Source: Schizochytrium sp. TIO01 (lineage: Eukaryota > Protista > Bigyra: Labyrinthulomycetes). Taken from it: DNA of 48,684 nt. The DNA is taken from assembly GCA_004764695.1 (NCBI GenBank), contig SMSO01000015.1:45734-94417 (forward strand), given 5' to 3'. Each line of letters begins with the position of its first letter. Positions within the stretch are counted from its first letter, which is position 1. The translations under genes and the position numbers were made by a program. The notes beneath the pieces are model-generated. The model was not told where the DNA came from. It saw only the letters and a program-made list of their open reading frames with translations, and did no database searches. Shown piece by piece: positions 1 to 11,400 of the stretch.

Positions 1-2635
1 GAGATAGGGTGAACTAGGCATTTTCCTTGGATATGCTGATAGTTACACTCATGGAACTGTACATGTCTTACCTAAAGACAAGTCCAACATCCTTCAAACG
101 CGTGAAGTCAAGATTTTCGATCAAGCATTGACTGAACAAACTCGTCAGCGTGCAATGTCAATAGAAACCGCTCTGACACCTGATCTAATTACTCATTGGA
201 CACGTGAAGAATCAAATAAACTAATTGATGGAGAAATGTATCAGGATCTACCTGCTTTATCCTCCACAGCTAATAATACTAAATCTTTCCTCACTCCTAA
301 TACCCCAGAATATAATGACGACCGTGAATCCAATAGTGAACACGCTAGTCGTCCGGAGGTAAACAATGACGACCGTGAATCCAGTAGTGAACACGCTAGT
401 CGTCTGGAGGCAAATCATCATGACCGTGAATCCAATAGTGAACACGCTAGTCATTCGGAACCAAATCATAATGACCGTGAATCCAGTAGTGAACACGCTA
501 GTCATCCGAAACTAAATCACAATGACCGTGAATCCAGTAGTGAACACGCTAGTCATCCGAAACCAAATCATAATGACCGTGAATCCAGTAGTGAACACGC
601 TAGTCATCCGGAACTAAATCACAATGACCGTGAATCCAGTAGTGAACACGCTAGTCATCCGGAACTAAATCACAATGACCGTGAATCCAATAGTGAACAC
701 GTTAGTCATTCTGAGGTAAATAATGATGACCGTGAATCCAAAAGTGAACATGCTCGTGAAGACATGGAACTAGAACATAGTTCAGTCCATGCACACGATA
801 GTCATCGGAGATCCAAAAGGACTCCCAAACCTCATGTACCACTAAATGTTGTCCCAGTGCCAAAGGCGCTGCAAATAAATACGATACTATACCAATCGTC
901 TGAAACGAAAACGTAATATGACGAATACAGAGTTAGATTTCTCGGATATTAATTCTCTATCAAAAGAAGAGAACTTACATGAACTAATCATTCCCACGAT
1001 ATATCCGAGGGAACAGGAATATTTTGCTTTTCTTATTAAAAACAACACAGATAATAAACAATTACCTAAACCGGTCCCAAAACCATGTCCATATGACGAC
1101 ATTGTAGTTCCAAACACTTATAAAGAAATGCGGAAACTGCCACAGGCATATCAGCGACTATGGATTGCTGCGATGAATACTGAACATCACAATCTGCAGT
1201 CCGCTGGTGTTCTGGAAACTGTACCCTTACACACTTTACCACAGGGACAGACTGTAATGGGAACTAGATGGGTCTTTACAAAGAAGGCACCACCGGTCAA
1301 TCTGTTAAAAGCACGGGTTGTAGTACAAGGCTACAATGAGGCCATTGAACATGTTATATATATACTCACCAACAGTTAATGTTGAAAGCATTCGTGTTGC
1401 AACAATTATTGCTTTAACGAGAGGCTATGATGCTATCACGTTGACGTAACAGCCGCATTTCTAGAAGCACAAATTCCAGATGACGAATTCCTCTACATCA
1501 AAGGCATTGAAGGTCTTGACTTAGCAAGGTTATTGTTATCTTCTGCGTAAAAGTCTATATGGACTCAAAAGTGCCCCCCCGTAGGTGGATGGATCATTTG
1601 ACGCTATATTAGAAAATTATGGCTTAACACGATCTATAACGGACGCATCACTCTTATTGGCAAAGATCTTCTAATGACTATCCATGATGACATGAGAATC
1701 TTTGCACACCCCAAGCACTCAAAGCGATTGTCAAAGAACTTGAACAAAATGTCGCGTCAAAGTTAATCGTGAAAAACAATGCCATTATCTTAGTGATACA
1801 CATGTCTATGACAAGTCACGAAAGATCTGTACCATCAGCCAACGCGAGTATTGTGGAAAAGCCCTTAGGCGATGTAATATGGAAAACTGCAATGGAGCTA
1901 AAACTCCATCCATCCTCAAAGAGTTAAGTGATCATCCTGACGACTCTGTGAATGAACACTATCGTCCACTTGTTGGCACTCTAATGTATTTACTAAAAAC
2001 TCGACCTGATATGGCATACACTTTACACCAACTTGCATGCCATGGTCAAAAGAATGGAGCGGAACATATGCAAGCTCTTAAACATGCATTCCGTTATGTC
2101 AAGGCCACAAAGGACAAAGTTCTAACACTCAAAGGCGTGGATTCAGAGGCACAACTTGTTTTGAACGTCTATACAGATGCTTCTTTCAGCAAGGCACATG
2201 ACAAACTTCGTCGTAGTGTTACAGGATATGTTGTTATGATAAATGATAGTGCTGTTGTATGGAAAACAACCAAACAGTCTACAGTTGCAAGAAATACTCA
2301 CGAAGCTGAACTAATTGCTGCAGTTGCAGGAGTTCTCAGAGCAGAATCCATTCGACAACTTTTAGCAGACATGAACATTACATCAATGAAATACAGGTAT
2401 ATATAGATTGTCAAGCATTAGTAAACACAATCAAAAAGGAAGAAGTTAATGTACAAATGGTTATCTCGCAGTACAACTTGCAGTACTGATTCATCGAAGA
2501 CAAAACCAATTACTCAAGGTACATCATGTTAAAGGCACAGAAAATATAGCTGATTTACTCACCAAACCACTTGCAGCACCATCTCATTGGAAACACGCTA
2601 GTCGCTTACTTGATGCTTCAGGTGCTGACGCGTGA
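1..2635 (+). pseudogene. pol: copia pol polyprotein, broken by several frameshifts (decay or assembly indels)
   Basis: ORFs 128-916, 918-1379 and 1879-2406 plus intervening out-of-frame RT motifs (DVTAAFL, KSLYGLK) are collinear; final TGA at 2633-2635. Confidence 0.85.
314..754 (+). repeat. 51-nt in-frame tandem repeat, about 8.6 copies (17-aa NDRESSSEHASHPELNH), in the integrase-RT linker
   Basis: The unit aatgaccgtgaatccagtagtgaacacgctagtcatccggaactaaatcac recurs every 51 nt and is visible in ORF 128-916. Confidence 0.95.
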
Positions 2636-2647
2636 TTTGCGGGGGAG
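2636..2647 (+). promoter_or_regulatory. Polypurine tract of the copia element
   Basis: tttgcgggggag lies immediately after the pol stop and before the LTR, the typical copia arrangement. Confidence 0.8.
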
Positions 2648-2844
2648 TATTGAAGTAATATACAGCTACTGTCTAACCTAACCTAACCTAACCTAACCAA
2701 GCTCTCCTATCCACACATTAACCTGCCTGTATGCAGACCTGAAACCCCGATAACTCATATATCATCCTCTTTCTCTTTCTCCTGAGTTCGTCATCCTTGT
2801 CAGACTACCTCTCCACGCTTCACAGCACAGGCTACTCTGCAATA
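2648..2844 (+). repeat. Putative 3' LTR (197 bp) with TATTG...CAATA termini and an internal (CTAAC)5
   Basis: Starts tattgaa directly after the PPT; the inverted match tgcaata ends at 2844. The 5' LTR is outside the window, so the end point is inferred. Confidence 0.65.
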
Positions 2845-4879
2845 GAAAGATACACTTATATGATACTTCTTGCTTTCGCGTTTGCATGCTTCAGGTCTTG
2901 GAAGATGGAAATTACGAGAATGCATGATTTTGATTTCGATGAGTTATTATAAATATCACAATCTGCAAGACTGGATGTTACTTACAGCTCATCTCAAACT
3001 AATGAGACCGTTTTCTATTCTGAATTGGTAGTAAGTCCACAGTGAATTGGTTCCATACTTCTCAACTGGCCTACCTTCAAGCTCATGAGAAAAGTACAAT
3101 TTCTGTTTTCCGCATGCAGGCATTTACGCCGAATGCTATGGTTAGCTATTTTATTTAAGCTCTCAGTTGTTGTGCATGCAACAAGAATGAGATTACTGCC
3201 TGCTTTCTCAGGGGTACCAATTTCCAATCCAGCTTTAACCTAATCTGATGCTCAGCAAGTTTTTCCAATTTTCGAGATGGAATTTTTATTTGCGTCCCGT
3301 TTTTTATTACCACGTCAAAAAATTAATTACATCAGATGTATTCAAACTGAGGTATATGGCCATTTCCCATCCTTGCATATAATTGTCATTCCCAGACATG
3401 GTACGGCTTTCAGTGGAAAGGCAACCGAGAAGAACTGCGGGGCGGAAGCATGCATTCATAGTATATAAGCTTATATTTTGAAGAACATACTAGCTTGGAT
3501 GGCTGCGTGCTGCAAAGACTTTCATACTAACCCATTACTAGTGTACCTACATTTTACTTTATATGTGCATCCAGACTTGGAGGGGTGTACTTCACGCCTT
3601 TAAGAGTATAGTAGTAATATGGTTACCTGTACATCTAGAGGTATCTACTACTACTAGTGCAAGCTCGCTAGATCGCGGGTTTCAGATAAAACCCGCTGCA
3701 GCATATTAAAAATCAACTGAGGACAAGTGTGCCACCTAACCAAAAGCTGCTCACCATATTATTTTCTCCATATTCCTTGCCCCGTGCTTGTTTTATTTTG
3801 TACCAAGACATGTATGTTGCTCAGTGCTAGGCGAGTTCTTTTACCTGCGGTGATAATGCGTCAAGACCCTTATGTACCCCCTCTTCTGAAAAGCTTATCT
3901 TATTAGTGATATCCCATCCAAGCTTGGATAGGTGCAACACACAACTATATGCAGGTTAGTTTGGAGCTAGTAGGACCTACATTAATTTTAATAATAAATA
4001 AAGTATTCAGCCTCTGAGAGCCCTTGTTTTTTAAAGGAGAAAAGGAGAGAGAGTGAGAAAAGGGTCCCTCAGAGCGTCGGTGAAGGCATTATAGAATCCA
4101 TTAAAATAAATAAAAACCCCAATCCGCTTCGAATTAATATTAGGGTATATATTAGCCCTTTAATAAGGTCTTCTTTCTTTCTTTCTTTCTTTCTTTCATT
4201 CACAAACTCGACATCAGAATCCCCGCGGTTACCCTAGGGTCAACATACTCTGAGCGCTTCGATTTGCCTCGATCCTCATTCTCTGCCAAGGATCACGAAT
4301 TTTTTAGCACTCTTAAAGTAGAAAAGAAACCTATATAGTAGCATAATTAATACACTTTTTAATTTACTTCTGACATTGATAAAAAACAATCATATACATT
4401 TATTTCTTGCTTTACATTCATATATAACTAATATGTATGATACAGGATACTAAAAAATAAAATTTGAAAAAATAAAATTTGAAAAAAGCAGAGCTGACAT
4501 AAAGGTGCTAGTATTAATACGTAGGTATCTAGGTACCTTCATTAAATACTACTTTTCTTTAGAAATTAAAAATAACCAATGTTGACACTTCTATAGGTAT
4601 CATCTAGAGGAAGGTAAACTAAGGAGTATACTAGTAGGAAAACTCATAGGTAGGCCCAAAATCAGAGAAAGCTGATCGCAGAACTGGGAAAGAAAGCTCA
4701 GCAAATCCGAAACCAATCGAAGGTAGAAACCTCAGGCAGACTTTCTCAGACGCGCACCGTCTCGGCCAACGACGACTGACTGTGCACGAACGCAAGCACT
4801 GCAAATAGTCGGCTCCCGAAGGACGAACAACAACGCCCGCATCTGCGATTGCAAGGTTTCCAAAGCAGCGTCAGAAACA

Positions 4880-7154
4880 ATGTCACAAGCCCGTATTCAA
4901 CAAGCCATAGACGGCCTTCAGCACGGTTACAACGAGCTCCAGTACGTTCAGGGCCCAGCGTTATTGCGAACCAGGCCTTAAACAGGTTGAAAGCTAATTT
5001 GTGCACTACATATGACTAACTTAGTGACTGTTTCGAGCTAACTGTGCAGGTTGCAAAACTTAGATATCACGGATGAGGATATTCATAGAATCATTCCTGT
5101 GATTACATCAAGCCGTGCGGTCAAGTCCATAGAGTAAGTTTCTGCCAATGAAAAACTTGTTACGAAGGCAAATGATCTTCTTACGAGACATTGACTCACA
5201 TCTCATTATACACTTTGTTGTCTTAATTAGCTTGTCAGGTAATCGCATCACTGATGCTGGCGCAGCAAGCCTCTGCAATGCCCTGCGTTCGAACGCAGAG
5301 GCTTTCTTTGAGGTAATCAAGTAAGTCTATTGTACCTACCAACTGACTACTACATTTACAAAAACTAACAACAAATAATGATCGGATGAGTATAGCCTTA
5401 ATAACAACATGATTGGTGATGCTGGTCTGCAATCTATAAGATCTGTTATTCCGCAACTGACGTTTCTAACAGAACTCCAGTACGTTCCTTCTATTGTTTT
5501 CGTAAAACTCATATGAACAGCTGCAGCTAACCAGGATATATTAAATGAAAAAATGATCTGCTTCAAAAAGACTGAATGGAAATAAGTACTCTGAAAGCGC
5601 AGCACGAGAGCTGATTGACAGTATTGAGGAACATGGGATCTCACTGAGAACTGTCATGTAAGTTGAGCGCTTAGCCTATCCAACATTCGAATCTCAAACT
5701 AACCTGTGCAAGAATTGCGAGCGAGTCATAGACTAGATCTTGACCGTGTCAATCAGGATTTACAACAACGTTTAGAATCAATTGTTCAGTTGAATAGTTA
5801 CAGGAACAACAGCGAAGATGTTGTTGGGGAACGCATCAAACTATTACAAATTAGACAAATGCTGCGAGGACAAACGTGCGCTCTCGCATCGAAACCAGGA
5901 GAAACGTCGGGACGTACGCGTACGTGCGTAATCTGTCTTACACAATCAGATGACTCTTGCTCTCTGACGTGTTGTCGAGGCCATCGCACATGCGGGGACT
6001 GCGTTGGACATGCTTTACGTGTTGCAAACCAGCCTGGTACACATGTTGAGTTTGACCTCCATGGCAGCATGCGCTGTTTGGGAGAAATGTGTCAGGAGAG
6101 ACTACCAAAGAGTAGAATTGTCATGGTGTTGCCTCGTGAGAATCTGTTGACTTTCATAGATCTGACTGTATCTCTTGCCGTTGACGATGCAGAACAGCGC
6201 TCGCATGCCTTGCAAAGACAAACTTTTGATGAGGTTCGAAGATCCCATGCGACTACCCTCAGATTAGCCGAACAATTACGTCACGATATAATACCTCATA
6301 CAAGATTTCTGGCGCGACGTGGTGACGGTAGATACGACCATGGGGATGCACTTGCCATGCCCATGCCTTTTGGTGACGGTAGATACGACCATGAGGATGG
6401 ACTTGCCATGCATTCTGGCATAGAAGCGCGTCTTATGCATACGAACGAACGTGACAGAACAAACAACCACTATTGCAGATATCAACAAGATCGCCGCAAC
6501 ATTACTTTGGAAGATCAACAGCCCTCCACTCTGGATGAACATGTCCATTACATCGAGAATCGTATACTTTGCATATTTTGTCCTCGATGCGGACTTGTTT
6601 TCGATGAATTCTCCGGGTGTCCTGCCATTACATGTGTGTGCGGTTGTAAGTTTTGTGCCTGGTGTCTCAAAATTCCAGACAGTCCTATTCATATGCACAC
6701 GAGAATGTGCGGCGATCGGCACTCTACACGTCGAGATAATATGCTTGGTATGTTCGATACCATTCAGGAAGAACGTGAAATGGTCAAGGCTGCCTGGCAG
6801 AGGCTTCGTGCAAATCGCTTGCGCAACTACTGGGAATCAGGTGTTTCCGAGAGCATTCGGGACAGTCTCTTTGAAAGGATTACTCCACTGCTCACAGAAG
6901 ATCTCGTGGGACCTAATTTCAGCTTTTCGCAACCTCTGTCTTTGTTCGATGGCGCTCAAGCTTCACAGCCAGCTGAATCCCTCTTTTCTGCAGGTACTCG
7001 ACCTGCTACTGATACAGTAGCTGGCGCCAGTGCTTCTTCTCGCATTGCTGAAGCTGCTCTGCGTCGTAGATCTGCGCGTCTAGCTGCCCTCCGTCGACTT
7101 CAGAATAGCAATAGCAGTAATGATTCATCTCAGAGGAAGGGTGGAGAACTTTGA
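4880..7154 (+). CDS. LRR + RBR-like (RING1...RING2/Rcat) putative E3 ubiquitin ligase, ~609 aa; exons 4880-4941, 5050-5133, 5231-5320, 5396-5479, 5571-5657, 5732-7154
   Basis: GT..AG phase-2 introns give a continuous frame: MSQARIQQAIDGLQHGYNELQ / LQNLDITDED / LSGNRITDAGAASL / LNNNMIGDAGLQSI / LNGNKYSESAAREL. The terminal exon has a C3HC4-type CVIC...CCRGHRTCGDC...CLGEMC and CPRC...SGCPAITCVCGCKFCAWC. Confidence 0.8.
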
Positions 7155-7990
7155 AGTGATCTTATTTGTCACTTTTGTTTTCATTCGAGGCAATCCTTTG
7201 AGTCATGAGGTGACCATCTAAAGTTAAAACACTGGCGACATCCATGCATTGGTATTGCCGTAGACCTAGACAAGATTTTATAGAGATTACGTACTATGTT
7301 TGCTACTTTAAGTTCTTGGAATGAGAAAAGAAAACGACCTACATATACTGCAGGAACAGAAAATAGAGTGAAACGAAAAGTAGCAAGGTACTCTAAATTC
7401 AAACACTGGCCTCCCCCTCCGTATTCGTTGAACATTTGGACTAAATTCATGTCTATAACCCCTATAAAACTAGGTCGGTACTTGGAGAAGCGTGGTTCTT
7501 TTTGGTAGTGTTTCTTTCAGAGTTGCTACTAGAAATTTAAATTTAACTTCCTCGTAATGACTCTCTCCAAAACAAACATCAGATCATCGAGTTTGTGAAT
7601 TCGATGTTGAGAGTTATTCCATGGAACTATAAACTAGCTCTTTATTTAGTATAAAGGGAGTTCAGACTTGGCCAGTAGAATTCCCACTCGGAGACCGAGA
7701 AGTGGTGAGTTAAATTTGATGCTACCACTTCGGTCAAATCTTCAGAAATCATAATAAACTCTTTTCCAAAACTTATTTAAAGAAGCTAGAGCTCGAATTG
7801 CTAGGAGAACTCGCCATTCCTAATGCCTGATGTTCTGGTGTATTTTCCTCCTCTATTTGATCAATTTATCAATATGTTGTAAATAAAGATCAAGGAGGTG
7901 AGCAGAGTAGTTCATCATCAGGAAGAATCATTTTTTCTCGAGCCAGCAGCCTTGTACACTTCGAATCACGAGGGGACTGTGGTCAAAATA

Positions 7991-8467
7991 TTATTTGGAC
8001 ACCTCTGGCGCAGTGTAATTTCTCAGAATAGGGAGGATGTGGCTTGGCCATGGGTTGAGGGTAAGCCATATTATAGGGTCTTCTTGAAAGTCTGGACCAG
8101 GCTGGTGTTCGAAATTGAAACTCTGTAATAGCTTGACAAGGGCAAGCTTGAGCTCAAGATTGGCTGCTAAGCTTCGCCCGGTGCAATTTCGCGCACCAAG
8201 ACTGAAAGGTAAGAATGCAAAGTGCCGACCGAGCACAGCAACCTCAGTTTTGAGTGGCAAGTTATTCTTTTCGAGACGAGAAATCCATCTTTCTGGAACA
8301 CATTCGTTAGCGCGATCATACATGGCTGGATCACGTTGAGTAAGCTTAGGAAATACAACCACTTCGAATTTCATAGCCCCTAATATTGATATCTTCCAAG
8401 GGACGACGTGTAAATGCTGCTGGTGGATGTAGCCGCATGACTTCAATGAGCACAGAGTATCTTGCAT
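7991..8467 (-). pseudogene. Cytochrome P450 C-terminal fragment with a frameshift
   Basis: Heme motif FSLGARNCTG and PERW are in ORF 7991-8467. The ExxR motif (VLIEVMRLHPPAAFTRRPLEDINIRGYEI) is in another frame just upstream. No N-terminal portion was recognised. Confidence 0.85.
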
Positions 8468-11400
8468 CTGTGAAAGGAAGAATGATTAGTAGGAGAGAGT
8501 CGAACTATATCGGCGAGACTCGGACACGCAAAGGAAATCATTTAAGTGAACAAGTGTCACCTTTACTTCTAGCACAGAACTGAAACACCACAACTAAAAA
8601 ACAGTGTAAATATTCATTTTTTTTTTCTAAATGTATTTATTTAAAACTATGCAAACTAGACTAAAACAACTACTTATAACCATTAACCTATACAAGACAG
8701 CTTTGGAAATTCTCAATCATGTCAGATAATTTCGTGCTTGGGAAAGAAACATGAGGCATTTCTTAAGCATGCACTCAAGATTTGTAGTATTCACAGAATA
8801 AATAATCAATTGCTCAAAAGGTCGACCAAGAGAGTAAAGGACCTACAGCTTTGCATATCTTGTCGGATTGCCTTACAAACTCATTTTCAGGCTTGCTTAG
8901 TCCTCTTCATTCCCTGACATAGACGCATCACTATGTTGACCGACGCTTCACCATGGTCTGGTCATGAAGGAGTTCCTTTGAGCCTTGCGAAGTCATGACG
9001 TAGTAATGTGTCAGTTTCTCTTTCTCAATAGTGTCAATCTAAAACAGAAATTCATCACTTGTTAAGAAAGTTAGCCAGTGGCATATGCTTCTGTTTTGTC
9101 GAAAAAAGAGCAGACTTGCTGTTTACTGACTTTGCTGCTGCTCGAAATCAACTGGTACTTCAACACAGTAAAACAAATTACTCCGAAGCAGAGAGCCTAC
9201 GAGGAAACTTTAGGTCTTGTGATAGGCCAGGGAGACTCGAAAAAAACTACTTTTGTGTCGATTTATTAGATAATCCACTGAGAGGTCTTTAGTATAAAAA
9301 CCTTAGTAACACATTCCACATCACATTCGATCATACCACGCGGGTAACACCTCATCTCATTCGCACTGAGAAGTAAAGTCGCGTAGGGCCGGGTCAGTAG
9401 TATGATAGGGGACTGCATGCGAAGCCCCGGTGTTGAATGTTTTTTACCTCTTTTCCCCCCAAACCAATCATTTTTGGTACTTTGAGCAGTGATATCAGTT
9501 TTCCACACAAAGCGGGGTTAATCTGTTCATTTTTGACATACGTACTGGTGTCGTTGGCTTACTATCAACATTCCTGAATAATAAAAATGATAGGGAATCA
9601 CAAAATTGATGTATTCTATTTTTTGCAATGCATTCTAAATTAGGCACAAAGAGATAAATAAACAAAATCACTTTGCATTAATGAATGATCTACTAGGGAA
9701 AGTCAGGGGCAGCAGTTGCATTCTCTGTAAAGCACGTTTGCAGAAACAAATGAAAACTACGCATAAAAATATCGGTAAATTGAATAGAAGATTCACAGGA
9801 AAAGGTCACACTTGCTTTTAAAAGGGCTCCTGCTTACCACAACTCTCAATCGCGAGATGTATATTGTTCATTTCAAACGCCATTCGCTGGCCCGAGAATT
9901 CATTTTTCATCTTCTTCGCTTGCCCTGGTGGCGGACTCTCAAGGTAACAGTGCAGTAGTTGTAAGTTGAAGATACCCTTCAGCAAATTTAAGGAAATTTA
10001 ATCTTCAGAAGCTTCCCTGAAGACATCCATCAATTACTACAGTTCAAAACAAAGGCAGGTACCAGGGGCCCTGGCTTCAATCTACAGCCCCCTAAATTGA
10101 TCTGGGATTCTGGAGGAGCAACTCTAGCCACAACGTGATGTACTATATTCTGCTTTTTATTTTATTGGTACTTTAGCATATATCTGCTACAAGGAACGTA
10201 TTAACTAGCCCAATAAAGCAAAGCCATAACATAACAATATAATACAACGTTGTAATTGTTGCAACAGGACAATGCCAAAATATACTAGAGCTGATTGCTT
10301 TTCGTGCACAGTGCGAAAGACACTGAGATTATTACACTCTATCACTATATGAAGCACTAGCGTATACATATGAACCAATTAGATGCACTCTACGTAATTC
10401 ATGCCTGCTTTAAGCATTTGCAATGGTGACTGCGGTGATTGTTTGTGTAGTGAAAGGTATTACACCATGAAGGAACCAAAATCAAAAACCTTATTTTCAA
10501 AAGTCTCTCATTGCTATTATCCAGGCCAAAACATGCAAAGCATAAGAACAAAAATTTCAAACCCCCAGGTCTGACACCACTCGATATGGTGATTATTTGA
10601 TTTTTTGCCACCCACGAAGTCGCCCGTGTTTGCGAAGAATTGTTTATTACTTTAGTCAGCAGCAAATTTCACAAACCCATAACCAAGAGCAATACTGGGG
10701 TTGACCAAGCTTGTGAATCGGCATCGATTACTTTCTCCAGAGACATGCATTTGCCTTGATGGCAGACCGGAGGCCTTGCTTGTCAAAGGGACGATGGACA
10801 CGAGCAGGAGCCTCGTCGAAGTCTCACAGAGCCAAAGTTGCTGCGATCTGATGTCACAGCATCGTTCGTTTGGTGGCCAAGCAGAGGGAACCAGACGCTA
10901 CGTAGCCTTCAAGCGCAGGTAGTGGGCCCAGCAACTTTGCTAAGGCCAAGCGAACCACCCAGTATGCTCCACCTGCGCACGGCCGGAACGCCTAGAGCAG
11001 TTCTCTATGATTTGATTCAAGTTCTGATGCTTTTCCTTTTGATCTTCCCACAGAAATGAAAAGACAGACTATAGTTTAGAACATTATTTGAAGAATTGTT
11101 TAACTAGGACTAACAGAACCTTAGCGTGGAAAATAGAACTTGCAATTCTACTGTTGAGAACTATGATTGCAAGCAACTACTTTACCTACACTAACGTCAG
11201 AGCAAGATCTTGTACGTTTTGATCGCCCAGCATCTTTTACTATTCTTCTCTAAGCTAGAGAGGGGCTCTCTTCTTTTCTTTCGAAGCTGTACGATTACTG
11301 CAAACTTTGAAGTATTTAAGCTATGCATATTAAATGCAGTGAATAATAAGTGCCTTCTCCCGAGCACATCACTGTCAAAGATTAGGTTGCAAATCATTCG

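Larger units (their letters stand above)
1..2844 (+). mobile_element. Ty1/copia LTR retrotransposon, 3' half (integrase tail - RT - RNase H - PPT - 3' LTR); truncated by the window start
   Basis: Copia domain order is visible. Integrase C-terminal SH3-like segment GELGIFLGY...QTREVKIF at 1-120; RT start (WIAAMNTE...MGTRWVFTKK...LKARVVVQGY); YRPLVGTLMYL...TRPDMAY; RNase H (YTDASF...RRSVTGYV...WKTTKQSTVA...EAEL...ENIADLLTKPL). Purine tract and LTR follow directly. Confidence 0.95.

Noticed and set aside
3916-3929. 14-bp palindrome atccaagcttggat
   Set aside because: Isolated, with no associated element boundaries.
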